The notes under the pieces were generated by a model. The model made no database searches. It had not been told where the DNA came from and saw only the letters and a list, made by a program, of their open reading frames with translations. Position numbers and translations under genes: made by a program. Source: Bacteroidota bacterium (lineage in GTDB: Bacteria; Bacteroidota; Bacteroidia; Chitinophagales; Chitinophagaceae). From it: a stretch of 64,000 nucleotides of DNA. This document shows positions 1-9,751 of this stretch, one piece after another. Every line of letters starts with the position of its first letter. Position 1 is the first letter of the stretch. The DNA is taken from assembly GCA_005789565.1 (NCBI GenBank), contig SXXL01000016.1:4745-68744 (forward strand), given 5' to 3'.

Positions 1-324
1 CTCACGTTTCATTTCGTCTGCCTGGGGTGGGTCTTCTTTAAGGCCGATAACCTGGAGATCGCCGGCTCCATGTTGCATCAGATTACGAACGATTTTTCTT
101 TCTCGGTATGGCCCGCCTTCTTTGAAAATTATAAAACCGTCGTTTGGATGATGGTCGTGGCGTTTCTGCTTCATGCCATTCCGGACGATTGGATGCCTAC
201 ACGTATCGAACGCTTCGCTCGCTTACCGCTGATCGCCTACCTACTTGTTTTCGTCGGATTTGTGCTGCTCTATGGTGCGTTCAAGTCGGCCGAACCCGTG
301 ATGCCGATCTACCTGCAGTTTTAA
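1..324 (+). CDS. MBOAT-family membrane O-acyltransferase, C-terminal fragment (5' end outside the window)
   Basis: Frame 1 is open from base 1 to the stop at 322-324. The translation (LTFHFVCLGWVFFKADNLEIAGSML...) is hydrophobic and resembles AlgI/DltB-type MBOAT C-termini. Confidence 0.55.
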   Translation, partial: LTFHFVCLGWVFFKADNLEIAGSMLHQITNDFSFSVWPAFFENYKTVVWMMVVAFLLHAIPDDWMPTRIERFARLPLIAYLLVFVGFVLLYGAFKSAEPVMPIYLQF

Positions 325-1799
325 AACTCCTTTCTCAGCCGAGCGACGGAAATGTTCAACTGTTCCCGGTATTTCGCAACGGTTCTTCTGGCCACCTGGT
401 AGCCTCGCTGCGTCAGGATCTCCGTTAGCTGATCATCGCTCAGTGGATTCTTTTTGTCTTCTCCCTCCACCAATTCGGATAGGATCTTTTTCACTTCTCG
501 GGTTGAGGCCTCCTCGCCGCTTTCCGTTTGCACTGCTTCGCTGAAGAAGAATTTCAATCGATAGGTTCCGAATTCGGTTTGTACGAACTTGCTGTTGGCC
601 ACCCGGCTGACGGTGGAAATGTCCAGCCCGGTCTTCCCGGCAATGTCTTTCAGGATCATCGGGCGCAATTCGGTCTCGTCCCCGCTCAAAAAGAAGGACT
701 GTTGGTGCTCCAGCAAACACTGCATCACTTTGGTCAGGGTTTGTTGCCGCTGCTGAATGGCATCGATAAACCATTTGGCCGAATCGATCTTTTGTTTGAT
801 GAACAGGACGGCTTCTTTCTCCGAGCGATTCTTTTTGCTGCCGGCATCGTATTGCTTGAGCATGTCGCGGTACTCTTGACTGACCCGCAATTCCGGTGCA
901 TTGCGGCTGTTGAGCGTCAATTCCAGCCGACCCTGATGGTTGATCACGAAAAAATCCGGGATCACATATTGTTGTTGTTCGCTTCCCTCGGAAAGTCCCC
1001 CCGGCTTCGGATTCAGTTTCGTGATCTGCTGCAATACGTCCCGCAGATCCGAATCGGTCAGTTGCAAATCGCGCTGCAACTTGTCAAAATTCTTGCGGGT
1101 GAACTCTTCAAAATGATCGGACAGGATCTGTCGGGCCAAGGCAAAGTCTTTGCCTTCGGCCGATAGCCGATCGACCTGCAACAACAAACATTCCTGTAGG
1201 TCGCGGGCGGCAATGCCCGGCGGATCCAATTCCTGTACTCGCTTTAAAACGGCCTCCACCAATGAGGCCGCTACGTATATATTTTGCCGAAACGCGAGGT
1301 CATCTACAATGGCCTGAATGTCGCGCCGCAAATATCCATCCTCATCCAAGCTGCCGATCAATTGCTCGGCCACCTGTTGCTCCGTCTCCTTCAGTTCCAG
1401 CCAATGTATCTGGTCCAGCAACGAATCATAGAAACTGACGGTGGAGGCATCCTGAAAAGAGCGGTCCTCCATTTCCGGAATGCCATTGCCCGCCTGTAAG
1501 CGATACTCGGGGATCTCATCCTCGCCATCTTGTAAATAGGCACTGACATCGATGTCATTATAAATATCGGATACCGTATCGGAGGCAACTTCCTCCGATC
1601 CTTCGGCATAGTCTTCCGTTGAAGGAGCCACTTCTGCCGGTTCTGTCATTTCCCACTCGAGTGCAGGATTCTCTTCCAGCTCATCCTTGATGCGGGTTTC
1701 GAGATTGGCCGTAGGGATCTGCAGCAGTTTCATCAGTTGAATCTGCTGGGGAGAAAGTTTCTGCTGCAGTTTTTGTTGCAGCCGTTGTCCGAGCGCCAT
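321..1799 (-). CDS. rpoN: RNA polymerase sigma-54 factor
   Basis: 492 aa with an ATG start. Gln-rich N-terminus (LQQKLQQKLSPQQIQLMKLLQ), acidic linker, and a C-terminal HTH plus RpoN box (ARRTVAKYREQLNI). Confidence 0.95.
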   Translation of the reverse strand: MALGQRLQQKLQQKLSPQQIQLMKLLQIPTANLETRIKDELEENPALEWEMTEPAEVAPSTEDYAEGSEEVASDTVSDIYNDIDVSAYLQDGEDEIPEYRLQAGNGIPEMEDRSFQDASTVSFYDSLLDQIHWLELKETEQQVAEQLIGSLDEDGYLRRDIQAIVDDLAFRQNIYVAASLVEAVLKRVQELDPPGIAARDLQECLLLQVDRLSAEGKDFALARQILSDHFEEFTRKNFDKLQRDLQLTDSDLRDVLQQITKLNPKPGGLSEGSEQQQYVIPDFFVINHQGRLELTLNSRNAPELRVSQEYRDMLKQYDAGSKKNRSEKEAVLFIKQKIDSAKWFIDAIQQRQQTLTKVMQCLLEHQQSFFLSGDETELRPMILKDIAGKTGLDISTVSRVANSKFVQTEFGTYRLKFFFSEAVQTESGEEASTREVKKILSELVEGEDKKNPLSDDQLTEILTQRGYQVARRTVAKYREQLNISVARLRKEF

Positions 1800-1837
1800 G
1801 GCCCTACAAAATTACGTGAACGTTCTCGGTCGGCCGA

Positions 1838-3034
1838 TCAGAGGCTGCCCCGAATCACCTCACTCATCCGCATTCCTTTTTCGCGGAGCTGCTCTTCGGT
1901 CCACAGCAAACTGATGGAAGTTGATACACATCGACTCATGATGGCATCGCTGGCCGAAAAATCCTGATTGGTTTCCGCCTCGAGGCGGGATTTCACCTCC
2001 GGCGACAAACTATTCAAGGTCAGCGCCCTTTTCAGGTGATCCCATTTGCGGATATAGTGCCAGTTGTTGTTGTACCAATAAAAGCTTCCGGCCAATAACC
2101 CGGCTTCCCGCAAGGCCTCTACCGCCCGTTGCGTTTGCTCGGCCGTGGGCAAGAACCAGCTGATGAAACTGTGGCTGTCCCCCGCCGGATCCGGTACCCG
2201 ACGAAATGAAATACCCGGGATCTCCGCCAAGTAGGCCTTCAGGGCCGTATGATGCTTTTGTTGTGTCTCAAGGAATTCGGGCAGGCGACGGATCTGGGCC
2301 AGTCCCACCGCCGAATGCAATTCCGAGATCCGAAAATTATATCCAACGAAGGGATGCAAGTCCGCCCCGCGATCCACGCCCAGGTGGTCATGTCCGTGAT
2401 CGGTGTACCCATCGCATTTCACGTAAACATCCCGGTGGTTGGTCATCACCACCCCTCCTTCCCCACAGGTCATTGTCTTCACAAAGTCGAACGAAAAGGT
2501 ACCGGCATCCCCGATCGTGCCTAATTTTTTTCCTTTGTATGTTCCGCCAATACTCTGACAGGCATCTTCCAGCAACCAAAGATGATGTTCCCGACAGATC
2601 GCCTGCAGGGCATCCATGTCGGCCATGCTGCCACACATGTGTACGGGCATCACGGCTTTGGTGCGCGGGGTGATCTTGCGACGAACCGATGCCGGATCTA
2701 ACGTGAGCGTGTCATCGATATCCGCCAACACCGGTACGGCACCGACGCTGAGTATTGCCTCGAAAGAAGCCACGAACGTGAAACTGGGCATGATCACTTC
2801 ATCGCCATATCCTACGCCCAACGCACTGAGGGCCGTGGTCAGCGCCGCGGTTCCGCTCGAAGTCAGCTGTGCATGGGCACAACCAAAGGTTTCACAAACG
2901 GCTGCTTCCAGTTCTTTTGATTTCCAATGTCCTTTTCGGGCAACGTCAAATCCATAGCGCATCAGAATGCCGCTGTCGATCACGTCCATCAGTTCTTTTC
3001 GTTCCAGGTCGCTCCAGCGTTCGTATCCAGGCAT
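1838..3034 (-). CDS. DegT/DnrJ/EryC1/StrS-family PLP-dependent aminotransferase
   Basis: 398 aa. Contains SSGTAAL, DEVIMPSFTFVAS and the PLP-lysine region FSFDFVKTMTCGEGG typical of sugar aminotransferases. Confidence 0.85.
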   Translation of the reverse strand: MPGYERWSDLERKELMDVIDSGILMRYGFDVARKGHWKSKELEAAVCETFGCAHAQLTSSGTAALTTALSALGVGYGDEVIMPSFTFVASFEAILSVGAVPVLADIDDTLTLDPASVRRKITPRTKAVMPVHMCGSMADMDALQAICREHHLWLLEDACQSIGGTYKGKKLGTIGDAGTFSFDFVKTMTCGEGGVVMTNHRDVYVKCDGYTDHGHDHLGVDRGADLHPFVGYNFRISELHSAVGLAQIRRLPEFLETQQKHHTALKAYLAEIPGISFRRVPDPAGDSHSFISWFLPTAEQTQRAVEALREAGLLAGSFYWYNNNWHYIRKWDHLKRALTLNSLSPEVKSRLEAETNQDFSASDAIMSRCVSTSISLLWTEEQLREKGMRMSEVIRGSL

Positions 3035-3065
3035 ATAAACAGTTTGAAAAGTTTGAAGAGTTTGG

Positions 3066-4577
3066 CTATTGGATGGTCCAGGTTTGGGCTGTTCGAGTCA
3101 GCTTTTTTTCGACCGGAGTGCTTTCTTCGTTGGCTTGGTTGACGGCGGTGATCCAGTAGCGGACTGACGGTTCCTGATCGTTCAATACATCGGTCCATTT
3201 CAGGGGTTGAGAAACCGGTAAGATGGCGGCGATCTTTTTGGTCTCGAGGGTTCCCTTATAGATCACATAGTATTTCAGGCTGGCCGATTTTTTGGGGTCG
3301 GACTGGATCTCGATGGAAGCTTGGTTTTTTCCCGACGTCGTTACGGTGGCTTGCGGGATGGTCGGTTTTCCCTTGCTGAGCCAGGGAGTGGCGGGCACCA
3401 GCGCCGGTTCACGGTAATAGTTGTTGCGGAGACTATCGTTCCATCCATTATAATTTTTCTCGAACGATTTACTGCTGAAATAAACACTGCCCTGTACGTT
3501 CGGGGTCTCTCTCAATAACTTGATCTGGTTGGGTAATTCATTTGGGTTTTTCCACTTCAGGGAATTGGCTTCCCCCGCCCGATAAATACCATGACCGATG
3601 TACACATGTTTTCCATAGCTGTGCTTCGACCACCAATCGAGCAACTTTTCATACGCGATCTTACTGTGACCGATCTCCAGGTATAGTTGAGGGGTGACAT
3701 AATCGATCCATCCCTTCCTCAACCAAAGGAGAATATCGGCATAGAGGTCATCGTAGTTGGTCACCCCCGCCTGGCTATCGCTTCCCTGCGGATCTGTTGA
3801 TTGATTGCGCCAAACACTGAAGGGCGAAATGCCAAAGCGACAAGCCGGTCTTTCCTCCCGAATCACCCGATGAATGGCTACAATGATCGAGTCGCAATTG
3901 CTGCGACGCCAATCGTCCTTCGCCAGCGAGGTGCCGGACGATCGGTACCCCGCGTCATCCGGAAATTCTTTTCCGGGTATTTTGTAGGGGTAGAAATAAT
4001 CGTCCATGTGGATCGCATCCACCGCATAGCGCTTGACGATGTCGCGCACGACACTGACCACGAATGCCTGTGCTTTCTTATTTCCCGGGTCGAAGTATCG
4101 CTTATCTCCGTAGGTGAGGAACCAGTCCGGTTGTCTTTTGGTCACATGATCGGGAGCGATCGACGAGGCATTAATGTTGAATACGGCCCGATATGGATTC
4201 AGCCAGGCATGAAATTCCATGCCCCGCCGGTGCGTTTCCTCGATCATGAATTGCAGGGGATCGTAGTACGGATTCGGGGCCTCTCCTTGTTTTCCGGTCA
4301 GAAATTCGCTCCAAGGCTCCAACGAGGAGGGATAGAAGGCGTCGGCAGCGGGACGAATCTGTACCACCAGCACATTCATTCCGTTTTGTTTGTGCAGATC
4401 GGCCAGCCGAATGAAATCGGCTTTTTGTTTGGCGGGGTCGTTGTTGCGCGATAGCGGCCAGTCGATATTACTGACCGTGGCGATCCATACGCCCCGGAAT
4501 TCAGCTCGGGCTTGTCCCCGACCACACCAGCTTAACAAAAGAAAAAAAGAAAAAAGGGTAGCGTGTTTCAGTAGCAT
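3066..4577 (-). CDS. Glycoside hydrolase-like family 10 (GHL10/DUF187, YngK-like) secreted protein
   Basis: 503 aa with a signal peptide. The EFRGVWIATVSNIDWP start and TIM-barrel-like motifs (FHAWLNPYR, IHMDDYFYP) are characteristic of the family. Confidence 0.7.
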   Translation of the reverse strand: MLLKHATLFSFFLLLSWCGRGQARAEFRGVWIATVSNIDWPLSRNNDPAKQKADFIRLADLHKQNGMNVLVVQIRPAADAFYPSSLEPWSEFLTGKQGEAPNPYYDPLQFMIEETHRRGMEFHAWLNPYRAVFNINASSIAPDHVTKRQPDWFLTYGDKRYFDPGNKKAQAFVVSVVRDIVKRYAVDAIHMDDYFYPYKIPGKEFPDDAGYRSSGTSLAKDDWRRSNCDSIIVAIHRVIREERPACRFGISPFSVWRNQSTDPQGSDSQAGVTNYDDLYADILLWLRKGWIDYVTPQLYLEIGHSKIAYEKLLDWWSKHSYGKHVYIGHGIYRAGEANSLKWKNPNELPNQIKLLRETPNVQGSVYFSSKSFEKNYNGWNDSLRNNYYREPALVPATPWLSKGKPTIPQATVTTSGKNQASIEIQSDPKKSASLKYYVIYKGTLETKKIAAILPVSQPLKWTDVLNDQEPSVRYWITAVNQANEESTPVEKKLTRTAQTWTIQ

Positions 4578-4591
4578 GATGCAAAACTACG

Positions 4592-5050
4592 TCATTCTCT
4601 CTCTTGGCGGAGTTTGTCGAGCAGCTGATTCAACTGGGCCGCTTCTTTTTCGTTAAGACTTTTTAATACCCCATCCATATCCGCTTCTCTCCGATCCAAC
4701 CGCTCCAATAATTTACGTCCCTTGTCGGTGATCAGCACATCCACCAGGCGACGGTCCCGCGCACTGGTAACTTTTTTTACCAGGCCTTTGACGACCAGCC
4801 GATCCACGATCCGGCTGACATCGCTCATTTTTTCCAGCATTCGCTCCCGAATGGTCTGTGTCGAGATCGGATGCGGAAAACTTCCCCGCAGGATCCGAAG
4901 AATATTGAATTGCTGGTGCGTGATCTCCTCCTGATCGAAGATCGATTTGGTCTGATCCTTCAACCAACCAGCCGTATACAGGAGATTCACTGTCGCCTTT
5001 TGAAACTCATTGCGAAATTTCTTCTGGTGTATGTCTTTTTCTAGTGACAT
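4592..5050 (-). CDS. MarR-family transcriptional regulator
   Basis: 152 aa with a winged-HTH pattern (ITHQQFNILRIL...MSDVSRIVDRLVVKGLVKK...DRRLVDVLITDKG). Confidence 0.85.
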   Translation of the reverse strand: MSLEKDIHQKKFRNEFQKATVNLLYTAGWLKDQTKSIFDQEEITHQQFNILRILRGSFPHPISTQTIRERMLEKMSDVSRIVDRLVVKGLVKKVTSARDRRLVDVLITDKGRKLLERLDRREADMDGVLKSLNEKEAAQLNQLLDKLRQERE

Positions 5051-5076
5051 GTTTATTCATTATTACTATTCCGTGT

Positions 5077-6102
5077 TTATCCCCAGACCTTCGTCCCCTC
5101 GCTGCAATTGGCACAGATGTCGATGTTTCGGCGGCCCGACCAAAGTTTGCTACGAAAGGCCCGGTAGGCGGGGGAGCGCCAGATTTCTTGGAAGGATTGG
5201 GCTTTCAGGTCGCCCAACCGGTGCTGGGCATCCTTGTCAAAACAGCAGGGCGCTACCAGTCCGTCCCACGTGATCACCGGATCCTGCCAGAGCCTCCAGC
5301 AATGATTGGCGATCTTCCCTTTGAACCGCATGCCTTCGCCGGTTTTCTCATACCGGCTGTATTTTCCGATCGTTGGGATCAATCCGTTCGGGTCGTTTTC
5401 GTAATCATAGACCTGGGCGGTTTTCAGCCAAACCGCATCCACGCCGATTTCTTGTCCCAGATGCTGTACGTCTTCGATCTGGTGCTCGTTGGGCTTCACC
5501 ACCAGAAACTGAAAGATGATAAAGGGCGTTTTACTTTTTAATTCTTTTTTCCACCGTACGATGTTCTTGGCTCCCTCGATCACTTTTTCCAATTTGCCGC
5601 CTACCCGGTATTGTTGGTATACGTCTTGCGTGGTGCCGTCGATGGAAATGATCAGTCGGTCCAACCCGCTTTCGATCGTACGCCGCGCATTTTCATCCGT
5701 CAGGTAATGGGCATTGGTCGACGTGGCCGTGTAGATGTTTTTATCCGCCGCATACCGAACCATATTTAGAAAATCCGGATTCAGGTAGGGTTCTCCCTGA
5801 AAATAAAATACCAGATAGGTGAGGTCTTTGTAGAGCTGATCGATCGTACGACGGAAAAAATCGGTTTGGAGCATGCCGGTGGGACGGGTAAAAGCCCTCA
5901 GCCCGCTCGGACATTCCGGACAACGAAGGTTGCAGGAGGTCGTGGGCTCAATGGAAAGGGAATAAGGATTGCCCCAGTGGATCGGGCGACGGATCAACCG
6001 ACTGAACTGATAGCTCGCCCACAGCAGAGCAGCATTCCCCACGCGTCGAACCGTCAATTTAGAAATGAAATTTCGTGCATCCGATCCGTTCCATCCACTC
6101 AT
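5077..6102 (-). CDS. Radical SAM protein with a SPASM-like C-terminal Cys cluster
   Basis: 341 aa. CNLRCPECPSG is a CxxxCxxC motif. The C-terminal Cys-rich region (HCW...APCCFD...CANCSEG) is SPASM-like. Confidence 0.8.
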   Translation of the reverse strand: MSGWNGSDARNFISKLTVRRVGNAALLWASYQFSRLIRRPIHWGNPYSLSIEPTTSCNLRCPECPSGLRAFTRPTGMLQTDFFRRTIDQLYKDLTYLVFYFQGEPYLNPDFLNMVRYAADKNIYTATSTNAHYLTDENARRTIESGLDRLIISIDGTTQDVYQQYRVGGKLEKVIEGAKNIVRWKKELKSKTPFIIFQFLVVKPNEHQIEDVQHLGQEIGVDAVWLKTAQVYDYENDPNGLIPTIGKYSRYEKTGEGMRFKGKIANHCWRLWQDPVITWDGLVAPCCFDKDAQHRLGDLKAQSFQEIWRSPAYRAFRSKLWSGRRNIDICANCSEGTKVWG

Positions 6103-6141
6103 GTGCTAAAGGTAAATCGGAACGTGGTATCTTGTTCAGGC

Positions 6142-6891
6142 ATGCCGCGATTTGATCATTATTATTCTTTTCACCTTCTCGGCGATACCGCGCTGGAGAT
6201 CCGGCTGGGCGAAGGGATCGACCCCACCGTGCTGGAACGGGTACTGTCACTTGCGCAGCATTTCAAGCGCCATCCCCCGGAGGGATTGTCCGATATCATC
6301 CCCTCCTATAACCGGGTTACGCTGCGCTTCGATCCCTACCGGGTCGGTCCGGGTGCCTTGACCGACCTTATCCCCACGCTTTCCGATTCGCTTCCCGCTT
6401 CGGAAATCCATTCGCGTACCTCGTATCCAACGATCCATATTCCGGTTTGCTATGATGAGGCCGGGGCCACGGATCTCTCACTCCTGAGTGAGCAACTGCA
6501 CTTGTCTATCCCTGAGATCATTCAATTGCACACGGCTCAACCCTATCGGGTTTATATGCTCGGATTCTTACCAGGCTTTCCTTACCTCGGCATCTTGCCT
6601 GAGCCGCTTCAACTGTCCAGAAAATCCAAACCGGAACCCATGGTTGCCGGTACGGTAGCGATAGCGGCCGCCCAAACCGGAATCTATCCGGCGGATAGTC
6701 CGGGTGGCTGGTGGCGTCTGGGCCGCACGCCGCTTCCCTTGTTCAGTGCAACCGAGGAGCGAGTCACATTGTTTGAGCCCGGCGACCAGGTCCATTTCCA
6801 TTCCATCGATCCGGCAAGTTTTACCAAGATACAATCGCAGATTACGCACGATTCATTAACGGCCCTGCGGGAAAAAGGAGGATGGGTATGA
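6142..6891 (+). CDS. pxpB: 5-oxoprolinase subunit B (allophanate hydrolase subunit 1 / KipI family)
   Basis: Start moved to the ATG at 6142 (MPRFDHYYSFHLLGDTALEIRLG). The track's upstream extension overlaps the antisense radical SAM gene. KipI-like sequence that overlaps pxpC by 10 nt. Confidence 0.8.
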   Translation: MPRFDHYYSFHLLGDTALEIRLGEGIDPTVLERVLSLAQHFKRHPPEGLSDIIPSYNRVTLRFDPYRVGPGALTDLIPTLSDSLPASEIHSRTSYPTIHIPVCYDEAGATDLSLLSEQLHLSIPEIIQLHTAQPYRVYMLGFLPGFPYLGILPEPLQLSRKSKPEPMVAGTVAIAAAQTGIYPADSPGGWWRLGRTPLPLFSATEERVTLFEPGDQVHFHSIDPASFTKIQSQITHDSLTALREKGGWV

Positions 6892-7853
6892 TCGAAGTGA
6901 TCAAAAAAGGATTGTTGACCACGGTACAAGATGCCGGCCGGTTCGGACAGGCGGCAAGGGGCATTCATCCCTGCGGGGCGGTGGACCGCGAATCTTTTTT
7001 TCTCTCCAACGCCCTGGTGGGCAACGACGATAACACTGCTGCATTGGAATTGCATTTTCCAGCAGGTTCTTTTTTATTTCATTCGGATGCCGTGATCGCA
7101 CTCACCGGAGCCGATTTTCAACCACAGGTCAATGGATCCCCGGTACAAATGAATCAACCGCTCTTTCTTCCGAAAGGGTCACTGCTTTCATTTGAGCGAC
7201 CGAACCGGGGCGCCAGAACCTATCTCGCCGTGATGGGCGGATTGGATATTCCTGCTTGGCTGGGCAGTGCATCAACCGATCTATCAGCCAAGACCGGCGG
7301 ATGGAAGGGGCGTGCCCTGCAACCCGGTGATTGTATTCCCCTGCATCGACCGAGTCGTCTTCAGAAACTCCCAACGGAGTCGACTTCTACTAACGAGCTG
7401 CCGGATCCGACAGAAACGATTGTGGTAGAATGTTTAGCCGGGCCGGAATACGAGCGGGTGGGCGCTGCAGATATTGATCATCTGTTGGAAAAGCAATTTC
7501 AGGTGGGGCGCGAAAGCGATCGGATGGGCCTTCGGTTACGCGCCGCGGATCCTCTTCTTATTCAAACGAACCCCATGATCTCTTCGGCTGTGTTGTTTGG
7601 AACGGTTCAGTTGTTGCCCAATGGGGAGTGGATCGTACTGCTGGCCGATCATCCCACCACCGGCGGGTATCCTCGTATCCTGCAGGTACCTTATTATGAG
7701 TGGGGAAAGCTGGCGCAGCTTTCGGCGGGGACTTCCTTCCGGTTTCAACGAATGGAATTGGTGGCGGCGATGGAAAAGAATGCGCAGCTGGTCCGGGAGA
7801 ATCGGCTGACCCGCGACCGTGTTCGGCAACGGATTCAATCGTATCTTTCTTGA
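6882..7853 (+). CDS. pxpC: 5-oxoprolinase subunit C (allophanate hydrolase subunit 2 / KipA family)
   Basis: 323 aa. MIEVIKKGLLTTVQDAGR start and the GGYP motif typical of biotin-independent carboxyltransferase-like PxpC. Confidence 0.8.
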   Translation: MGMIEVIKKGLLTTVQDAGRFGQAARGIHPCGAVDRESFFLSNALVGNDDNTAALELHFPAGSFLFHSDAVIALTGADFQPQVNGSPVQMNQPLFLPKGSLLSFERPNRGARTYLAVMGGLDIPAWLGSASTDLSAKTGGWKGRALQPGDCIPLHRPSRLQKLPTESTSTNELPDPTETIVVECLAGPEYERVGAADIDHLLEKQFQVGRESDRMGLRLRAADPLLIQTNPMISSAVLFGTVQLLPNGEWIVLLADHPTTGGYPRILQVPYYEWGKLAQLSAGTSFRFQRMELVAAMEKNAQLVRENRLTRDRVRQRIQSYLS

Positions 7854-7854
7854 T

Positions 7855-8574
7855 ATGCTTTTGTTAGCGGATTTGGGAGAAGGTGTAGGGGACGAAGAAT
7901 CGCTGATCCCCTTACTCGATGCGGGGGCGATCTCTTGTGGTGCACATGCGGGTGACGAGGCAACGATCTCTCAAACGATACAACGTTGTGTCGCGTATGG
8001 CGTGAAGATCGGGGCACATCCTTCTTTTGAAGATCGATCCAATTTTGGTCGCTCCGAGCAAATTCTTTCCGCCGACGGGTTGCGCGATCTGTTGCTTGGC
8101 CAGCTCGATCTGTTTCAGCAATGGGCAAATTCCATGGGAGCCCGGGTTCAATTTGTAAAACCGCATGGGGCCTTGTATAATTTATCGGCTCGTGATCGGG
8201 TCGTTGCCCGAGTCGTTGCAGAAACGATTTATTCGATCGATCCGGGTTGGGCCTTGGTTGGATTGGCCGGCTCGGTATCTGTTTCGGAGGCGAAAGCGGT
8301 GGGTTTGTCCACTTTATCGGAGGCCTTTGCCGACCGGCGATATGAGTCGGCTACGGCGCTTTGTTCCCGTACCGATCCGCGGGCGTTATTGAATACGTCG
8401 GAGGAGGCGGTGGAGCAAGTCAAGAGTTTGGTAGAGGGTGGGGGATTGCGATCGGTGCACGGAGATTTCGTTTCGCTGGCGGCGGAGGTGGTTTGTGTGC
8501 ATGGTGATTCGGAGCAGGCGGTATCGATCGCACGGGCGTTGCGTACGTATTTAAAGGGTCGGTCGGATGCATAA
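7855..8574 (+). CDS. pxpA: 5-oxoprolinase subunit A (LamB/YcsF family)
   Basis: The ATG at 7855 lies immediately after the pxpC stop. The LADLGEG...ISCGAHAGD...KPHGALYN motifs are typical of LamB/YcsF. Confidence 0.8.
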   Translation: MLLLADLGEGVGDEESLIPLLDAGAISCGAHAGDEATISQTIQRCVAYGVKIGAHPSFEDRSNFGRSEQILSADGLRDLLLGQLDLFQQWANSMGARVQFVKPHGALYNLSARDRVVARVVAETIYSIDPGWALVGLAGSVSVSEAKAVGLSTLSEAFADRRYESATALCSRTDPRALLNTSEEAVEQVKSLVEGGGLRSVHGDFVSLAAEVVCVHGDSEQAVSIARALRTYLKGRSDA

Positions 8575-9751
8575 ATCAAATGTTGGAAGTTGGCTAAATG
8601 GTCCGCTGGCGGGTGCTGCTTTTTTGATGGCGACCTCAGCCATTGGTCCGGGTTTCTTGAACAACACGGCGGTCTACACCGCTCGCTTGGGTGCGGCTTT
8701 TGGATTTGTGATTTTGTTGTCGATGCTCATTGACATTGGGGCGCAGTGGAATATCTGGCGGATCGTGACGGATGCCGGGAAGCCGGCGCAGGATCTTGCG
8801 AATGCAAAACTCCGGGGTTCCGGGCAGGTGTTGGCTGGTATGGTTTCTTTTGGCGGATGGGTTTTTAATATTGGCAATTTGGCCGGTTGTGGATTGGGGG
8901 TAGAGATATTGACGGGATTACCCATGGTATACGGCGCGGTGTTGAGTGGGGCGATCGCCTTGTTCATTTTATACAATCGGGAGGCGGGTGTACAGATGGA
9001 TCGGTTTGTGAAGGGGTTGGGATTGATGATGATCGGGCTGACGGGGTATGTGGCGTTCACCTCGAATCCTCCCCTGAAACAGGTGGTCGTTCAAACGTTT
9101 TGGCCCGACCGGATCGATTGGGAGGCGGTGTTGGTATTGGTGGGCGGTACGGTGGGCGGATATATTTCTTTTGCGGGGGCGCAACGGTTATTGGATGCGG
9201 GGATGGTTGGAGAGGCAAACCGAAAAGCTGTGGCCCGCAGTGCGGTGCAGGGAATCTTGCTCACGAGTTTCATGCGGTTTGTTTTGTTTTTGGCGGCCTT
9301 CGGTGTGGTGTCGGGTGGTGTGGAGTTAGCGAAGGGCAATCCGGCGGCGGCCGTGTTTCAGTCGGCCGCGGGTTCGTTCGGGTATTATTTCTTTGGGGTG
9401 GTATTATGGTCGGCCGGCATCACGTCGGTGGTGGGAGCCACGTATACATCGGTTTCTTTTTGGCGAAGTTTATCGGCGGTGGTTCGTCGTCAGGAGCCAC
9501 TGGTTCGGGTTGTATTTATTTGTTTATCGTTGCTCGTTTTTGTTTGGCTGGGTAATCCGGCTCAATTGTTGTTGCTGGCGGGTGCGGTGAATGGGTTGAT
9601 CTTGCCTTTTGCATTGGCTATTTTATTGATCAGTGTAGCGGTACCCGATCCCCGCGAATCGGGGCTGGCATTTTTTTTATACGCGATGGGGTGGGTGGTG
9701 GTCCTTCTGCTGGCGGGTTTGAGTGGGATGACCCTGCGGATGCTTCATTGA
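8567..9751 (+). CDS. Nramp-like (YcsG-type) membrane transporter
   Basis: 394 aa polytopic membrane protein that overlaps the pxpA stop. The position matches the known ycsF-ycsG-kipI-kipA gene context. Confidence 0.6.
   Translation: MHKSNVGSWLNGPLAGAAFLMATSAIGPGFLNNTAVYTARLGAAFGFVILLSMLIDIGAQWNIWRIVTDAGKPAQDLANAKLRGSGQVLAGMVSFGGWVFNIGNLAGCGLGVEILTGLPMVYGAVLSGAIALFILYNREAGVQMDRFVKGLGLMMIGLTGYVAFTSNPPLKQVVVQTFWPDRIDWEAVLVLVGGTVGGYISFAGAQRLLDAGMVGEANRKAVARSAVQGILLTSFMRFVLFLAAFGVVSGGVELAKGNPAAAVFQSAAGSFGYYFFGVVLWSAGITSVVGATYTSVSFWRSLSAVVRRQEPLVRVVFICLSLLVFVWLGNPAQLLLLAGAVNGLILPFALAILLISVAVPDPRESGLAFFLYAMGWVVVLLLAGLSGMTLRMLH

Noticed and set aside
5866-6141. The longest-ORF start for pxpB at 5866 (341 aa).
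   Set aside because: The extension overlaps the radical SAM gene on the other strand and has no KipI-like sequence. The family-typical N-terminus begins at the ATG at 6142.
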